DNA of 64,000 nt from Xanthobacteraceae bacterium (GCA_004297465.1 SCUB01000020.1:38183-102182), one strand, 5' to 3'; counted from the first letter of the stretch, positions 1 to 10,856 are shown. Translations and numbers: made by a program. The notes: generated from the letters alone by a model not told the origin.

Positions 1-1
1 C

Positions 2-1066
2 GACGTCATCTGGATGGCGACCATCCCGACCGGCCTTTATTACCTGTCGCTCCTGTTCATGGTCGAACTCGATGCCAAGCGGTTCGGCGCCGCGAGGGTG
101 CCCGCCACCACCACGCTCACCGTGGGGCAGATGACGCGGCGTTACGGCTTCCACTTCACGTCGCTGGTCGCCGTCATCGTGTTCATGGTCGTCGGCTATT
201 CGCCGATGCTGGCGGTGTTCTGGTCGATCCTGATCTGCACCGCGCTGAGCTTCCTGCGCTCCGACACCGCGCTTTACCCGCGCAAGCTCGTCCGCGCGCT
301 GGCCGACGGCTCGATCGGCGTGCTCAACGCCGCCAGCACCTGCGCCTCGGCCGGCATCGTGGTCGGCGTGGTGACGCTGACCGGGCTGGGACTGAAGTTC
401 TCGTCGATCGTGCTCGCCTATGCCGGCGGCAGCCTGCTCATGACCGCGCTCTACACCGCGCTGATCGTGTGGGTGGTCGGTCTTGCGGTGCCGGTGACCG
501 CTTCGTACATCATCTGCGCGGTGGTCGCGGCGCCCGCGATGATCCAGCTCGGCGTTCCGGACTACGCGGCGCACATGTTCATCTTCTACTACGCCGTGCT
601 GTCCGAGGTTTCGCCGCCGACCGCGCTGTCGCCGTTCGCCGCCGCCGCGATCACCGGCGGCGATCCCTACCGCACCACGCTGCAGGCGTGGAAATACACG
701 CTGCCGGCGTTCCTGGTGCCGTTCATCTTCGTGCTCGACCCCCAGGGCGTCGGCCTGTTGATGAAGATCCCGAAGGACGGTTCGGTGCTCGACATTTTCG
801 TCGTCACCCTCAAGACCGCCGCCGGGCTTGCCGCGCTCGCCGCCGCGGCGCAGAACTGGGCGCTGCGGCAGAACACCGCCGTCGAGCAGGTGCTGTTTGG
901 CCTGGCCGGTCTGCTGCTGGTGTTTCCAAGCCTGATCGAGGCGATGGCCGAAGCCGCCACCGGCCTCGACGTGCCCCATCCGGCGCCGCTCGGGCTGGCG
1001 CTCGGCGCCGTGCTGTTGCTGATCCAGATGAAAACGCCCGCGCCGCCGGCGCGGGCTTCAAGCTAG
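2..1066 (+). CDS. TRAP transporter fused permease (TAXI-type), C-terminal part; the 5' end lies upstream of the window
   Basis: The frame is open from the window edge. The translation is very hydrophobic and multi-TM, typical of DctM-like large permease modules. A TAXI solute receptor gene follows directly. Confidence 0.75.
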   Translation, partial: DVIWMATIPTGLYYLSLLFMVELDAKRFGAARVPATTTLTVGQMTRRYGFHFTSLVAVIVFMVVGYSPMLAVFWSILICTALSFLRSDTALYPRKLVRALADGSIGVLNAASTCASAGIVVGVVTLTGLGLKFSSIVLAYAGGSLLMTALYTALIVWVVGLAVPVTASYIICAVVAAPAMIQLGVPDYAAHMFIFYYAVLSEVSPPTALSPFAAAAITGGDPYRTTLQAWKYTLPAFLVPFIFVLDPQGVGLLMKIPKDGSVLDIFVVTLKTAAGLAALAAAAQNWALRQNTAVEQVLFGLAGLLLVFPSLIEAMAEAATGLDVPHPAPLGLALGAVLLLIQMKTPAPPARASS

Positions 1067-1078
1067 GGGAGAATACCC

Positions 1079-2041
1079 ATGCGCTTCGTTCGTGCGGCGA
1101 TCGTCGCCGGGCTGGCCGGCCTCGCCCTGACGGCTTCGGCCCTGGCCCAGCAGAAGACCCTTTCGATCGGCACCGGCGGCACTGGCGGCGTCTACTATCC
1201 GCTCGGCGGCGCCATCGCCAACGTGCTGTCGAAGAACCTGCCGAACCTGCAGGCCACCGCTGAGGTGACCGGCGGGTCGGTCGACAACCTCAAGCTGATC
1301 GGCTCGGGACAAAGCGATGTCGGCTTCTCGATGGCCGATGCCGCGCTCGACGCCTTCAAGGGCGAGGACAAGTTCAAGAGCGGCAAGATCGAGGTGCGGA
1401 CCCTGATGGTGCTCTATCCGAACCGCATGCACGTGGTCACCATCGAGGGTACCGGCATCGACAAGCTGGCCGACCTCAAGGGCAAGCGGGTCTCGACCGG
1501 CTCGCCGGGCAGCGCCACCGAGGTGATGGCGTTCCGGCTCATCGAGGCCGCCGGGCTCGACAAGGACAGGGACATGAAGCGCGAGCGGCTTTCCGTCGCC
1601 GAGTCCGTCAACGCCATCAAGGACCGTAAGATCGACGCGTTCTTCTGGGTCGGCGGGCTGCCGACCGCGGGCGTCACCGATCTCGCCGCCACCCCGGGCG
1701 TCAGGATCAAGATGATCGACCATGCCGACGCGGTCGCGGGCATGAACGCCAAGCACGGCAATCTCTATGCCGCCGGCGTCATCCCGGCGGGCACCTATCC
1801 GGGGCAGGACAAGGACAACCGCATCGCCGTGGTGTGGAACATCCTCGTCGCCGGCAAGACCATGCCGGACGACATGGCCTATGCCATCGTCAAGACGATG
1901 TTCGAGAAGAAGGCGGATCTGGTCGCGGTCCACAAGGAGGCCGAGAGCCTCGACTACAAGTCGCAGGTCACGGCCAATTCGCCAATCCCGTGGCATCCGG
2001 GCGCGCTGAAGTATTTCGCCGATAAGGGAGTGAAGATGTGA
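1079..2041 (+). CDS. TAXI-family TRAP transporter solute-binding protein
   Basis: Signal peptide (MRFVRAAIVAGLAGLALTASALA) followed by LSIGTGGTGGVYYPLGGAIANVL, the hallmark N-terminus of TAXI receptors. Adjacent to the TRAP permease. Confidence 0.85.
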   Translation: MRFVRAAIVAGLAGLALTASALAQQKTLSIGTGGTGGVYYPLGGAIANVLSKNLPNLQATAEVTGGSVDNLKLIGSGQSDVGFSMADAALDAFKGEDKFKSGKIEVRTLMVLYPNRMHVVTIEGTGIDKLADLKGKRVSTGSPGSATEVMAFRLIEAAGLDKDRDMKRERLSVAESVNAIKDRKIDAFFWVGGLPTAGVTDLAATPGVRIKMIDHADAVAGMNAKHGNLYAAGVIPAGTYPGQDKDNRIAVVWNILVAGKTMPDDMAYAIVKTMFEKKADLVAVHKEAESLDYKSQVTANSPIPWHPGALKYFADKGVKM

Positions 2042-2364
2042 GGGCGGCGCGCCAAGGCGCGCGGCCGGTTCTCGCGCCGCCGCGCGCGCTGGTCTGGTGG
2101 TATGGCCTGATGGCGGCCGGCGGCGTCTGTTTCGGCCTCGTGTCGCCGCGCCGGCCGTTCGGCGACGACGTGCTCCTGCATCCGCTCGTGGTGTTCGCCG
2201 GTCTGGTTGCCGCCGCGCTGATCGGTGTGCGCATCGTGCAGGCGCGCCCCGTTCCCGAGGTGATCCCTGAGCGCGCGCTTGTCATCGGCATCGCCATCGG
2301 CGTCGTCGCGTTCCTGGCCGGCAATTTCGCCGTGGTGCATCTGCTTGGCGGCCGCCTGCCGTGA
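2038..2364 (+). CDS. small hypothetical membrane protein
   Basis: GTG start overlaps the TAXI stop by 4 nt. About three predicted hydrophobic helices. No recognisable family. Confidence 0.45.
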   Translation: MRAARQGARPVLAPPRALVWWYGLMAAGGVCFGLVSPRRPFGDDVLLHPLVVFAGLVAAALIGVRIVQARPVPEVIPERALVIGIAIGVVAFLAGNFAVVHLLGGRLP

Positions 2365-2573
2365 CGGATTGTTAACCAGTTCGTTTTCGCAAACCGTTTA
2401 CCCTTGGCGATGATGTGAGCGCGTTTTGTTCACGGCGGGCTTGCCTGTGGCCGGCGCGCCGCGCGCCTTAACGTCCCCGCAACCTTAATCCGTTACGAAC
2501 AATATCCTTCGCCTTGGCGCGGAAAACGCGCGGGCGACCAGTGGTGTGTTGCGTCAGGCGTTGAGGATCAGCC

Positions 2574-3878
2574 GTGTTGCGTGGCGGGCGCGTGTGTCTT
2601 GCGTCGTTCGGCTTCGGTCTTGGGGTGTTCGTCCTCTTGCCGAGCGATATCGGCTATCAGGACATCGGCGCGCTGCTTGCCCGTCAGCCCGGCGTCGCCG
2701 AGCGTTACCAGGCGCAGTTCGCCGCCGCGCCGTTCGCCACCCTCCATGCCGCCACCTTCAGCTTTCCGCGCCCGCTCGGCACCGCGATCCATGAGCCGGC
2801 GAGCTATCGCCTGGCGAGTCTCGATCTGCGCGGCATCGACATCACCGGGTCGCTCGGCGCCCATCCGCTTGGCGAGGCGCTCGACCGTCCGCCGCCGCCG
2901 CGCGAATTCCCCGAGGTCAACCGGTCCGGCAAGGGCGACCGCCTGTCGCCACAGCAGCCGGCCGGCGAGGTGGAAGAGGCGACCGACGCGGGCCCGCTCG
3001 AACCGCGCGCCGACGGCGTGCCGCTCGATCCGGAACTTGAAGAGGCGCTGCAGGCGGCGCCGCTCGCGCAATACGACGCCACGCTCCCGACCGAGGAAGT
3101 CCGGGACGACGAAACCGAACCGCACGCGGCCTATGAGGGCTTCTCGCTGCAGAGCGCGGGACTGTTCCTCGGCACCTCGCTGGGGCCGCGCACCGATCAG
3201 CTCGAGCGCTGGCAGCCCGGCGAGGAGCCGGTGGTCGTCATGCCGCAAGCGCCCGCCGATCCCGACACCAAGACGCTGGCGGCGCTGCCGGCCGGTCCCG
3301 CCGCCATCGTCAAGGGCGGCGAGAGCATCGCCGGCAAGGGCGAGGTGACCGGCGAGGGCCGCCATCCGAAGACGCCGGCCGAGCGGCTTGGGCTTGAGGG
3401 CGCGGCGCGCGCCAAGGCGGAGCGCTGCCTGAGCGACGCTGTGTATTACGAGGCGCGCGGCGAGGCGGTGCGCGGCCAGATCGCGGTGGCGCAGGTGGTG
3501 CTCAACCGCGCGTTCTCCGGCTTCTATCCCACCACCGTGTGCGGCGTCGTCTATCAGAACAAGCACCGCTGGATGGCGTGCCAGTTCAGCTTCGCCTGCG
3601 ACGGCAGCATGCGCAAGGGCATCAACGAGCCCGATATGTGGGCGCGCGCCAGGAAGATCGCCCGCGAGATCCTCGACGGCCGGCTGTGGCTGCCCGAGGT
3701 CGGCAAGTCGACGCACTATCACGCCTCCTGGGTGCGGCCGTCATGGGTGGGCGAGATGAAGCGGCTCTACCGGTTCGGCGTGCACACGTTCTACCGGCCG
3801 CGCGCCTGGGGCGACGGCAGCGAGGCGCCGACCTGGGGTACGCCGGAAACGACGGCGGCGGTGTCGGCGAAGCTGTAA
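2574..3878 (+). CDS. cell wall hydrolase, SleB-like domain at the C-terminus
   Basis: N-terminal TM segment and a low-complexity linker. The C-terminal region has YYEARGE...VAQVVLNR...QFSFACDG...THYHA, characteristic of the SleB/hydrolase_2 family. Confidence 0.8.
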   Translation: MLRGGRVCLASFGFGLGVFVLLPSDIGYQDIGALLARQPGVAERYQAQFAAAPFATLHAATFSFPRPLGTAIHEPASYRLASLDLRGIDITGSLGAHPLGEALDRPPPPREFPEVNRSGKGDRLSPQQPAGEVEEATDAGPLEPRADGVPLDPELEEALQAAPLAQYDATLPTEEVRDDETEPHAAYEGFSLQSAGLFLGTSLGPRTDQLERWQPGEEPVVVMPQAPADPDTKTLAALPAGPAAIVKGGESIAGKGEVTGEGRHPKTPAERLGLEGAARAKAERCLSDAVYYEARGEAVRGQIAVAQVVLNRAFSGFYPTTVCGVVYQNKHRWMACQFSFACDGSMRKGINEPDMWARARKIAREILDGRLWLPEVGKSTHYHASWVRPSWVGEMKRLYRFGVHTFYRPRAWGDGSEAPTWGTPETTAAVSAKL

Positions 3879-3892
3879 GTACCGCCTCTCCA

Positions 3893-4247
3893 CTGTCATG
3901 CGCGGGAATCTCTCTCCGTCATGCGCGGGAATCTCTCCTCGTCATGCCCGGGCTTGACCCGGGCATCCAGCTTTCTCTGCAAGATGGATTGCCGGGTCGG
4001 GCCCGGCAATGACGAGTGGGAAGGGCCGTGCTCGCAAATGACGCAAATGCGGGAGTCGTGCCTCTCCACCCGTCATGCGCCGGTTTGACCCGGGCCTCTC
4101 TCTTCGTCATGCGCCGGCTTGACCCGGGCCTCTCTCTTCGTCATGCGCCGGCTTGACCCGGGCATCTCTCTTCGTCATGCCCGGGCTTGACCCAGGCATC
4201 CAGCTTTCTCTGCATGATGGATTGCCGGATCAAGTCCGGCAATGACG
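3893..4247. repeat. REP/MITE-like palindromic element cluster, including a 34-bp tandem array (4071-4172)
   Basis: Repeated arms CGTCATGC(C/G)CGGGCTTGACCCGGGCATCC and GGATTGCCGG(G/A)TC(G/A)(G/A)G(C/T)CCGGCAATGACG. The 34-bp unit CGTCATGCGCCGG(C/T)TTGACCCGGGC(C/A)TCTCTCTT occurs three times head to tail. Confidence 0.9.
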
Positions 4248-4329
4248 AGGAGAGGGGGCAAATGACGCAAAGAGGGGGCAAGGACGAGGAGAGGGTGGTG
4301 CGTATGACGGATGCGCGGATGCGCGGGCG

Positions 4330-5226
4330 TCAGCCGACGTCGATGTCGAGCGCGACGTCGAAGTTCGGCGCGGAATGGGTGAGCGCGCCGGCGGAGGCGT
4401 AATCGACGCCGGTTGCCGCGATCGCGGCGATGGTGTCGCGGGTCACGCCGCCCGAGGCTTCCAGCTTCAACAGCCCGCCGTTGATGTGCACGGCCTTGCG
4501 CAGCGTCTCGATGTCCATGTTGTCGAGCAGCACCGCGTCGGCGATGCCAGTCGCGATCACCTCGCGCAGCTGTTCGAGCGTGTCGACCTCGATCTCGATC
4601 TTGACCAGATGCCCGGCGACGCGCCGCGCCCGCTCCAGCGCGGCGCGCACGCCGCCCGCGACCGCGATGTGGTTGTCCTTGATGAGAATGGCGTCGTCGA
4701 GCCCGAAACGATGGTTGAAGCCGCCGCCGCAGCGCACCGCGTATTTCTCCAGCGCGCGCAGGCCGGGCGTGGTCTTGCGCGTGCAGCAGATGCGCAAATT
4801 CGTTCCCGCTGTCTCGCGCACATAGCTCGCGGTCAGCGTGGCGATGCCCGACAGGCGGCCGGCGAAATTGAGCGCGGTGCGTTCGGCACCCAGCACGGCG
4901 CGGGCGTCGCCGATGATGGTGAGGAGCCGGGTGCCGGCGGTCACGCCTGCGCCGTCGCGCTGATGGGCTTCGATGGCGATGTCGGGCGCAAGCCTGCGCA
5001 ACGCCGCCACCGCGAGCGGCAGCCCGGCGATGACGCCATCCTGCCGCGCCACCATCACCGCGCGGGCGATCGCGTCCTCGTCGATGGTGGCGATCGAGGT
5101 GATGTCGCCGGCGCGGCCGAAATCCTCGTCGAGCGCGCGCGCCACCGCCTCCTCGATGACGAGCGGCGACAGGAAGGCATCCGTGAACAGCAGCGACTGC
5201 GGGGTGGTCATGTCGCGCGAGGTCAT
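4330..5226 (-). CDS. nadC: nicotinate-nucleotide pyrophosphorylase (quinolinate phosphoribosyltransferase)
   Basis: Translation matches the NadC pattern (…RTALNF…GIATLT…TRKTTPGLR…[22 protein letters not shown]…). The ATG at 5226 overlaps the nadB TGA (ATGA). Last gene of the nadA-nadB-nadC operon. Confidence 0.9.
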   Translation of the reverse strand: MTSRDMTTPQSLLFTDAFLSPLVIEEAVARALDEDFGRAGDITSIATIDEDAIARAVMVARQDGVIAGLPLAVAALRRLAPDIAIEAHQRDGAGVTAGTRLLTIIGDARAVLGAERTALNFAGRLSGIATLTASYVRETAGTNLRICCTRKTTPGLRALEKYAVRCGGGFNHRFGLDDAILIKDNHIAVAGGVRAALERARRVAGHLVKIEIEVDTLEQLREVIATGIADAVLLDNMDIETLRKAVHINGGLLKLEASGGVTRDTIAAIAATGVDYASAGALTHSAPNFDVALDIDVG

Positions 5227-6821
5227 GCGAAGGCGCGGCCGCGCGGGGCTGCTGCGGTGAAGGAGGCGGCGGCGGCGCGCACGCCCGCGAGCGTGAACAT
5301 CGAGCGGTGCGCAAGGGCCGGGTTCTCGGCGGGATAATCGGAGCGGAAATGCGCGCCGCGGCTTTCGCGGCGCTGCCATGCGGCCACCGCCACGATCAGC
5401 GCGGCGGTCGCCATGTTGCGCAGGGAGATGTTGGCGGCGCCCGTTTCGAGCGTGGCCAGCGTGCGGATCGCCTCGCCGAGCGCATCGCCGTCGCGGATCA
5501 CGCCGACCTGCGCGCTCATGAGCTGGCGCAGCTCATGCTCGGCGGTGGCCGGCAGCGGCCGCGCGGCGGCCGTCATGGGGCCTGCGATGTCGCCGGCGGG
5601 CGGATGGAAATCGTGGCCGTCGATGTCCTCGGCGATGCGCGCGGCGAACACCACGGCCTCCAATAGCGAGTTCGAGGCAAGGCGGTTGGCGCCGTGCGCG
5701 CCGGTCGAGGACACTTCGCCGCCGGCCCACAGGCCGTCGATCGAGGCACGACCGCGTGCGTCCACCGCGATGCCGCCCATGTGGTAATGCGCCGCCGGCG
5801 CCACCGGGATGAGCTGGCGCGCCGGATCGATGCCGGCGGCCATGCAACTGGCATGGACGGTGGGGAAGGCCTCGGCGAAATGCGCGCCGATCGCCTCGCG
5901 GGCGTCGAGGAAGGCGCCGCGGCCGCTGGCAATTTCCGCGAACACGCCGCGCGCCACGATGTCGCGCGGCGCGAGTTCGGCGAGCGGATGCAGCGCGGTC
6001 ATGAAGCGTTCGCCGCGGCCGTTGACCAGCAGCGCGCCGTCGCCGCGCAGCGCCTCGGTGGCGAGCGGCGCCGGGTCGGCCCCGGTCATGATCGCGGTGG
6101 GATGGAACTGGACGAATTCGGCGTCGGCGATCACCGCGCCGGCGCGCGCGGCCAGCGCCAGGCCGAGGCCGCTGGCCTCGCGCGGATTTGTCGTGACGGC
6201 ATAGAGATGGCCAATGCCGCCGGTGGCGAGCACCACCGCGCGCGACTTGAGCACCACGGCCGGCGCGCCCGGCGTGCCGGTCTTGCGCACGATGAGGCCA
6301 CGCACGGTATTGGCCTCGGCAATGAGGTCCTCGGCGACATAGCCTTCGAGCAGGTGGATCGAGGGCGTCGCCCGCACGGTCTCGACCAGCGCCGCCATGA
6401 TCGCCTGTCCGGCCATGTCGCCGCGCACGTGGACGATGCGCCGCGCCGAGTGCGCGGCCTCGCGCGACACCGCGAGATGGCCTTCGAGATCGCGGTCGAA
6501 CGGCACGCCGTAGCGCAGGAGGTCGTCGATGCGGGCTGCGGCCTCGCGCGCAAGGCCGAGCGCGACCTGTTCGTCGACCAGGCCGGCGCCGACCGCGATC
6601 GTGTCGGCCGCGTGCGCCTCCGGGCTGTCGCCGACCGCGACGGCGGCGGCGATGCCGCCCTGCGCCCAGGCGGTCGAGGCGCCTTCTCCGAGCGGCGCGG
6701 CGGAGATCACGGTGACCGGACGCGGCGCGAGTTTCAACGCGCAGAACAGGCCGGCGAGGCCACCGCCGACGATCAGCACGTCGTCGACGCGGGGCGCGAT
6801 CCTGGAGGAATGCTGGCTCAC
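5223..6821 (-). CDS. nadB: L-aspartate oxidase
   Basis: FAD-binding N-terminus [12 protein letters not shown], plus HYHMGGI and RL.SNSLLE motifs of the NadB/succinate dehydrogenase flavoprotein family. Start is uncertain: GTG at 6821 has an AAGGA upstream, and the ORF extends to a TTG at 6854. Confidence 0.9.
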   Translation of the reverse strand: MSQHSSRIAPRVDDVLIVGGGLAGLFCALKLAPRPVTVISAAPLGEGASTAWAQGGIAAAVAVGDSPEAHAADTIAVGAGLVDEQVALGLAREAAARIDDLLRYGVPFDRDLEGHLAVSREAAHSARRIVHVRGDMAGQAIMAALVETVRATPSIHLLEGYVAEDLIAEANTVRGLIVRKTGTPGAPAVVLKSRAVVLATGGIGHLYAVTTNPREASGLGLALAARAGAVIADAEFVQFHPTAIMTGADPAPLATEALRGDGALLVNGRGERFMTALHPLAELAPRDIVARGVFAEIASGRGAFLDAREAIGAHFAEAFPTVHASCMAAGIDPARQLIPVAPAAHYHMGGIAVDARGRASIDGLWAGGEVSSTGAHGANRLASNSLLEAVVFAARIAEDIDGHDFHPPAGDIAGPMTAAARPLPATAEHELRQLMSAQVGVIRDGDALGEAIRTLATLETGAANISLRNMATAALIVAVAAWQRRESRGAHFRSDYPAENPALAHRSMFTLAGVRAAAASFTAAAPRGRAFA

Positions 6822-6863
6822 GGCTTGGGAATCCTTATGCTCGTGCGGCCGCAAGCGGTCACG

Positions 6864-7961
6864 TCAGTTCTTCAGGTTGACCATGCGTTCGACCGAGCGC
6901 CGCGCGCGCGCGGCAATGGCCGGGTCGATGACGATCTCCTCGCGCATGTGCAGGAGGCTGTCGAGAATCTTCGGCAGAGTGATGCGCTTCATGTGCGGGC
7001 ACAGGTTGCACGGCCGCACGAACTCGACGTCCGGCAGCTCGGCCTGCACGTTGTCGGCCATCGAGCATTCGGTGACCATGACGACACGCTTGGGATGATG
7101 GTCGCGCACCCAGTTGATCATGTGCGCGGTCGAGCCGGTGAAGTCGGCCTCCGCGATCACGTCGGGCGGGCATTCGGGATGGGCGATGATCTGCACCTCT
7201 GGGTCGGCCTCGCGGTACATGCGCAGCTCGTCGCCGGTGAAGCGCTCGTGCACCTCGCAGGCGCCCTTCCAGGCGATGACCTTCTTGGCGGTCTGCGAGG
7301 CGACGTATTTGGCGAGGTACTGGTCGGGCAGGAAGATCACGGTGTCGCCGGGCAGGCTCTCGACCACGGCCAGCGCGTTCGACGAGGTGCAGCAGATGTC
7401 GACCTCGGCCTTCACCTCGGCCGAGGTGTTGACATAGGCGACGATCGGCACGCCCGGATAGCGCTGGCGCAAGAGGCGCACGTCGGCGCCGGTGATGGAT
7501 TCGGCGAGCGAGCAGCCGGCCCGCGAATCCGGGATCAGCACCGTCTTGGACGGGTTGAGGATCTTCGAGGTTTCGGCCATGAAGTGCACGCCGCACTGCA
7601 CGATGACTTCGGCGTTCACTTTGGTCGCTTCGCGGGCGAGTTGCAGCGAGTCGCCGACGAAATCGGCGACGCAGTTGTAGATTTCCGGCGTCTGGTAGTT
7701 GTGCGCCAGGATGACGGCGTTGCGCTCTGTCTTGAGGTCGTTGATGGCCTTGACGTAGGGCGCCATGAACGGCCACTCGACCGGCGGGATCACGGCCTTG
7801 ACGCGCTCGTAGAGATGCGCGGTGGCGGCCTCGACCGCCGGGGTCCAGGTCAGTTCGGGCGCGGGCAGCGGCCGGTAAACACGGGCGCTGACGGCCGGTG
7901 CTGACGGCGCAGGCGGAACGCGTCCGCTTTCCACGGGACCGAGAATGTCAGCGAGGGGCAT
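6864..7961 (-). CDS. nadA: quinolinate synthase
   Basis: Conserved NadA strings ([57 protein letters not shown]). First gene of the nad operon. Confidence 0.92.
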   Translation of the reverse strand: MPLADILGPVESGRVPPAPSAPAVSARVYRPLPAPELTWTPAVEAATAHLYERVKAVIPPVEWPFMAPYVKAINDLKTERNAVILAHNYQTPEIYNCVADFVGDSLQLAREATKVNAEVIVQCGVHFMAETSKILNPSKTVLIPDSRAGCSLAESITGADVRLLRQRYPGVPIVAYVNTSAEVKAEVDICCTSSNALAVVESLPGDTVIFLPDQYLAKYVASQTAKKVIAWKGACEVHERFTGDELRMYREADPEVQIIAHPECPPDVIAEADFTGSTAHMINWVRDHHPKRVVMVTECSMADNVQAELPDVEFVRPCNLCPHMKRITLPKILDSLLHMREEIVIDPAIAARARRSVERMVNLKN

Positions 7962-8438
7962 GGGCCTGTTTCCTTGCGCTCCTGGTCATCCCATATACTC
8001 ATTTAGAGCACATCAAGGAGCTGAGAAATCCGGCGCATGGCCGGCATTCGGATTCGAACGGTTACAGAAGAACGGTCCTGAACAAGCCTGGATCCGTTCC
8101 CGCCAAGCTTATTCTCAATTGGAGCAAAATATATATAGCATGTTTGGCCAGCCTTCGCCAGAGAGAATCCCAAAGACCGCTGCGACCGTCACGGCGGACC
8201 GCCATGCCGGAAACGCAGAACGGCAGCGATGAGGGCGTAACGGAGACGCTGTCTATGGCCGTTCCGGGTATCCCGGCGCGCTGAAATCGCGCGACGGCGT
8301 CGATGCGTCCCTGGTCCTCGACCGGCCGATTGCATGCCTGCCCTGCGGGCGCGGGCTCCGAAAGCAGGTTCCAATTTGGTCAAGGCCCATTACGTTTGTT
8401 CATTCCCTCAACGATCTGTTTCGACGGGCACCCATCCG

Positions 8439-9704
8439 ATGCCGACCACGGTTTCTGCTTCCTCTGCCGCGCCGCCACCGTCGGGCTGGCGCACGCCCGC
8501 CGTGGTGATCGCCTGCGGCTGCGTCATCGGCCTGCTGGCGTTTGGGCCACGCTCGACCGTCGGCTTCTTCGTGCAGCCGATGACCACGGAGTTTCCCTGG
8601 GGCCGCGACGTGTTCGCGTTCGCCTTCGCGATCCAGAACCTCTTGTGGGGTATCGGTCAGCCGGTCGCCGGCGCGATCGCCGACCGCTACGGAACCGCCC
8701 GCGTGCTGGTCACGGGCGTGCTGTTCTATGCCGCCGGGCTCATGCTGATGGAGGTGTCGAGCACGCCGCTGATGCTCATGCTCTCCATCGGCCTGACGAT
8801 CGGCATCGGCCTGTCGGCCTGTTCGTTCAACCTCGTGGTGACCGGATTCGGCAAGCTTATTCCCGAACACATGCGCTCGATGGCGGCCGGCGCGGCGACG
8901 GCGGCCGGATCGTTCGGACAGTTTCTCTACGCGCCGCTCGGCGTGGCGCTGATCGACGGCGTCGGCTGGAAATCGACGCTGACGGTGTTCGCCGCGCTGA
9001 CGCTGATCGCGCTACCGATGACGCTGGCGATGCGCACGCCGCCGGCGATGGCCACGGCCGGACTGGACGGGGCCGGCCGCGACCTGCCGGCGCAATCGTT
9101 CCGCGCGGCCATGGCCGAGGCGTTCAGCCATCGCTCCTATGTGCTTCTCGTGCTCGGCTTCTTCACCTGCGGCTTCCAGCTCGCCTTCGTCACCGCGCAC
9201 CTGCCGTCATACCTCATCGACCGCGGCCTGCCGGCCGAGGTCGGCGGCTGGGTCATCGCGGTGATCGGCCTGTTCAACATCGCCGGCGCGCTCGGGGTCG
9301 GTTGGCTCGCCAACCGCTATCCGAGCCGCTACATCCTGGCGCTGATCTACTTCACCCGCGCGGTGTCGATCGCGCTGTTCATCAGCATGCCGATCAGCGT
9401 CGGTTCGGCGCTGGCCTATGGCGTGGTCACCGGGCTGACCTGGCTTTCGACGGTGCCGCCGACCTCGGGGCTGGTGGCGCTGATGTTCGGCACGCGCTGG
9501 CTCTCGACGCTGTTCGGCATCGCCTTCTTCAGCCACCAGGTCGGCGGCTTCCTCGGCGTCTGGCTCGGCGGCATCTTCTTCGCGCGCACCGGCTCCTACG
9601 ACACGGTATGGTGGCTCTCGGTGCTGTTCGGGGTGCTGTCGGCGCTCATCAACCTGCCGATCATCGAAAAACCGGTGGCGCGGCAGGCCGCGGCGACGGC
9701 ATGA
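8439..9704 (+). CDS. MFS transporter
   Basis: About 12 hydrophobic segments and a G.IADRYG loop motif typical of MFS. ATG at 8439 chosen over the longer ORF starting at 8334. Confidence 0.8.
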   Translation: MPTTVSASSAAPPPSGWRTPAVVIACGCVIGLLAFGPRSTVGFFVQPMTTEFPWGRDVFAFAFAIQNLLWGIGQPVAGAIADRYGTARVLVTGVLFYAAGLMLMEVSSTPLMLMLSIGLTIGIGLSACSFNLVVTGFGKLIPEHMRSMAAGAATAAGSFGQFLYAPLGVALIDGVGWKSTLTVFAALTLIALPMTLAMRTPPAMATAGLDGAGRDLPAQSFRAAMAEAFSHRSYVLLVLGFFTCGFQLAFVTAHLPSYLIDRGLPAEVGGWVIAVIGLFNIAGALGVGWLANRYPSRYILALIYFTRAVSIALFISMPISVGSALAYGVVTGLTWLSTVPPTSGLVALMFGTRWLSTLFGIAFFSHQVGGFLGVWLGGIFFARTGSYDTVWWLSVLFGVLSALINLPIIEKPVARQAAATA

Positions 9705-9742
9705 TGGCGCGACGCTAGCGACGGGCTTGGGGGGCAGGGGCC

Positions 9743-10729
9743 GTGGGCACTTTCAAGGCGATCCGCATCGAGAAGGCCGACAAGGGCACGCGCGCCGAAC
9801 TCTCCAGCTTCGACGACAGCGAACTGATGGACGGCGACGTCACCGTGCGCGTCGAGTGGTCCACCCTCAACTACAAGGATGGCCTGGCCCTGACCGGCAA
9901 GTCGCCGGTGGTGCGCCGCTTTCCTATGATCCCCGGCATCGATCTTTCCGGCACCGTCGAGCAGTCGGTGAATCCGGCATGGAAGCCCGGCGACAGGGTG
10001 ATCCTCAACGGCTGGGGCCTCGGCGAGACGCATCTCGGCGCCTACGCGCAGAAGGCCCGCGTCAGGGGCGACTGGCTGGTGCGGCTGCCCGACGCCATCA
10101 GCGCGCGCGACGCCATGGCGATCGGCACCGCCGGCTACACCGCGATGCTGTGCGTGATGGCGTTGGAGCGCCATGGCCTCACCCCGCAGTCAGGCCCGGT
10201 CGTCGTCACGGGAGCGGCCGGCGGCGTCGGTTCGGTGGCGGTCACGATCCTGGCCCGGCTCGGCTATCACGTCATCGCATCGACCGGCCGCCCGGCGGAG
10301 GCGGACTACCTCAGGCATCTCGGCGCCGCCGAGATTATCGACCGCAAGGAGCTGCAGGGGCCGGCCAAGCCGCTCGACCGCGAGCGCTGGGCCGGCGGCA
10401 TCGACAGCGTCGGCTCCACCACGCTCGCCAACGTGCTGGCGATGACGCGCGGCGGGGGCGCGGTCGCGGCCTGCGGCCTGGCCGGCGGCCTGGATCTGCC
10501 GACCAGCGTGGCGCCCTTCATTTTGCGCGGGGTGTGCCTTTTGGGCATCAATTCGGTGACTTGCCCCATCGCCCACCGGGAAACCGCCTGGCGTCGTCTC
10601 GCCAGCGACCTCGATTTCGGCAAGCTGCATGAAATGACGAAGGAAATTGCCTTCGACGAGATCATCGCCCACGGCTCCAAAATTCTCGCCGGCGAGGTTC
10701 GTGGCCGGATCGTGGTGAAAATTCCCTGA
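9743..10729 (+). CDS. NADPH:quinone oxidoreductase, YhdH/AcuI (acrylyl-CoA reductase) family
   Basis: [17 protein letters not shown]...[11 protein letters not shown] and [12 protein letters not shown] Rossmann motif, typical of the YhdH/YhfP MDR subfamily. GTG start. Confidence 0.8.
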   Translation: MGTFKAIRIEKADKGTRAELSSFDDSELMDGDVTVRVEWSTLNYKDGLALTGKSPVVRRFPMIPGIDLSGTVEQSVNPAWKPGDRVILNGWGLGETHLGAYAQKARVRGDWLVRLPDAISARDAMAIGTAGYTAMLCVMALERHGLTPQSGPVVVTGAAGGVGSVAVTILARLGYHVIASTGRPAEADYLRHLGAAEIIDRKELQGPAKPLDRERWAGGIDSVGSTTLANVLAMTRGGGAVAACGLAGGLDLPTSVAPFILRGVCLLGINSVTCPIAHRETAWRRLASDLDFGKLHEMTKEIAFDEIIAHGSKILAGEVRGRIVVKIP

Positions 10730-10856
10730 GCATTCAGACTTTATCGACAAAGCTGCGCCATTGTTGCCCAAGTTCGTATGGTAAGGAACGCGTTAAGTTC
10801 AGGGGCGACGCGCCGGGGGCATCCGGGGCTTTCCCCTTGGGTTGCGGAGGGCTGAA

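Noticed and set aside
2365-2573. CtrA-box-like TTAAC half sites upstream of the SleB-like hydrolase
   Set aside because: TTAAC and TTAA occur (for example GTTAACCAG, CCTTAACG, CCTTAATCC), but none has the TTAA-N7-TTAAC spacing. Likely chance.
4071-4172. Possible CRISPR array (regular 34-bp repeats)
   Set aside because: The repeats are contiguous with no unique spacers, belong to the dispersed REP family, and no cas genes are nearby.
5694-7904. 736-aa plus-strand ORF covering nadB and nadA
   Set aside because: It is antisense to two genes with unmistakable NadB/NadA motifs. The translation is Arg/Ala/Gly-rich low-complexity sequence, typical of shadow ORFs in high-GC DNA.
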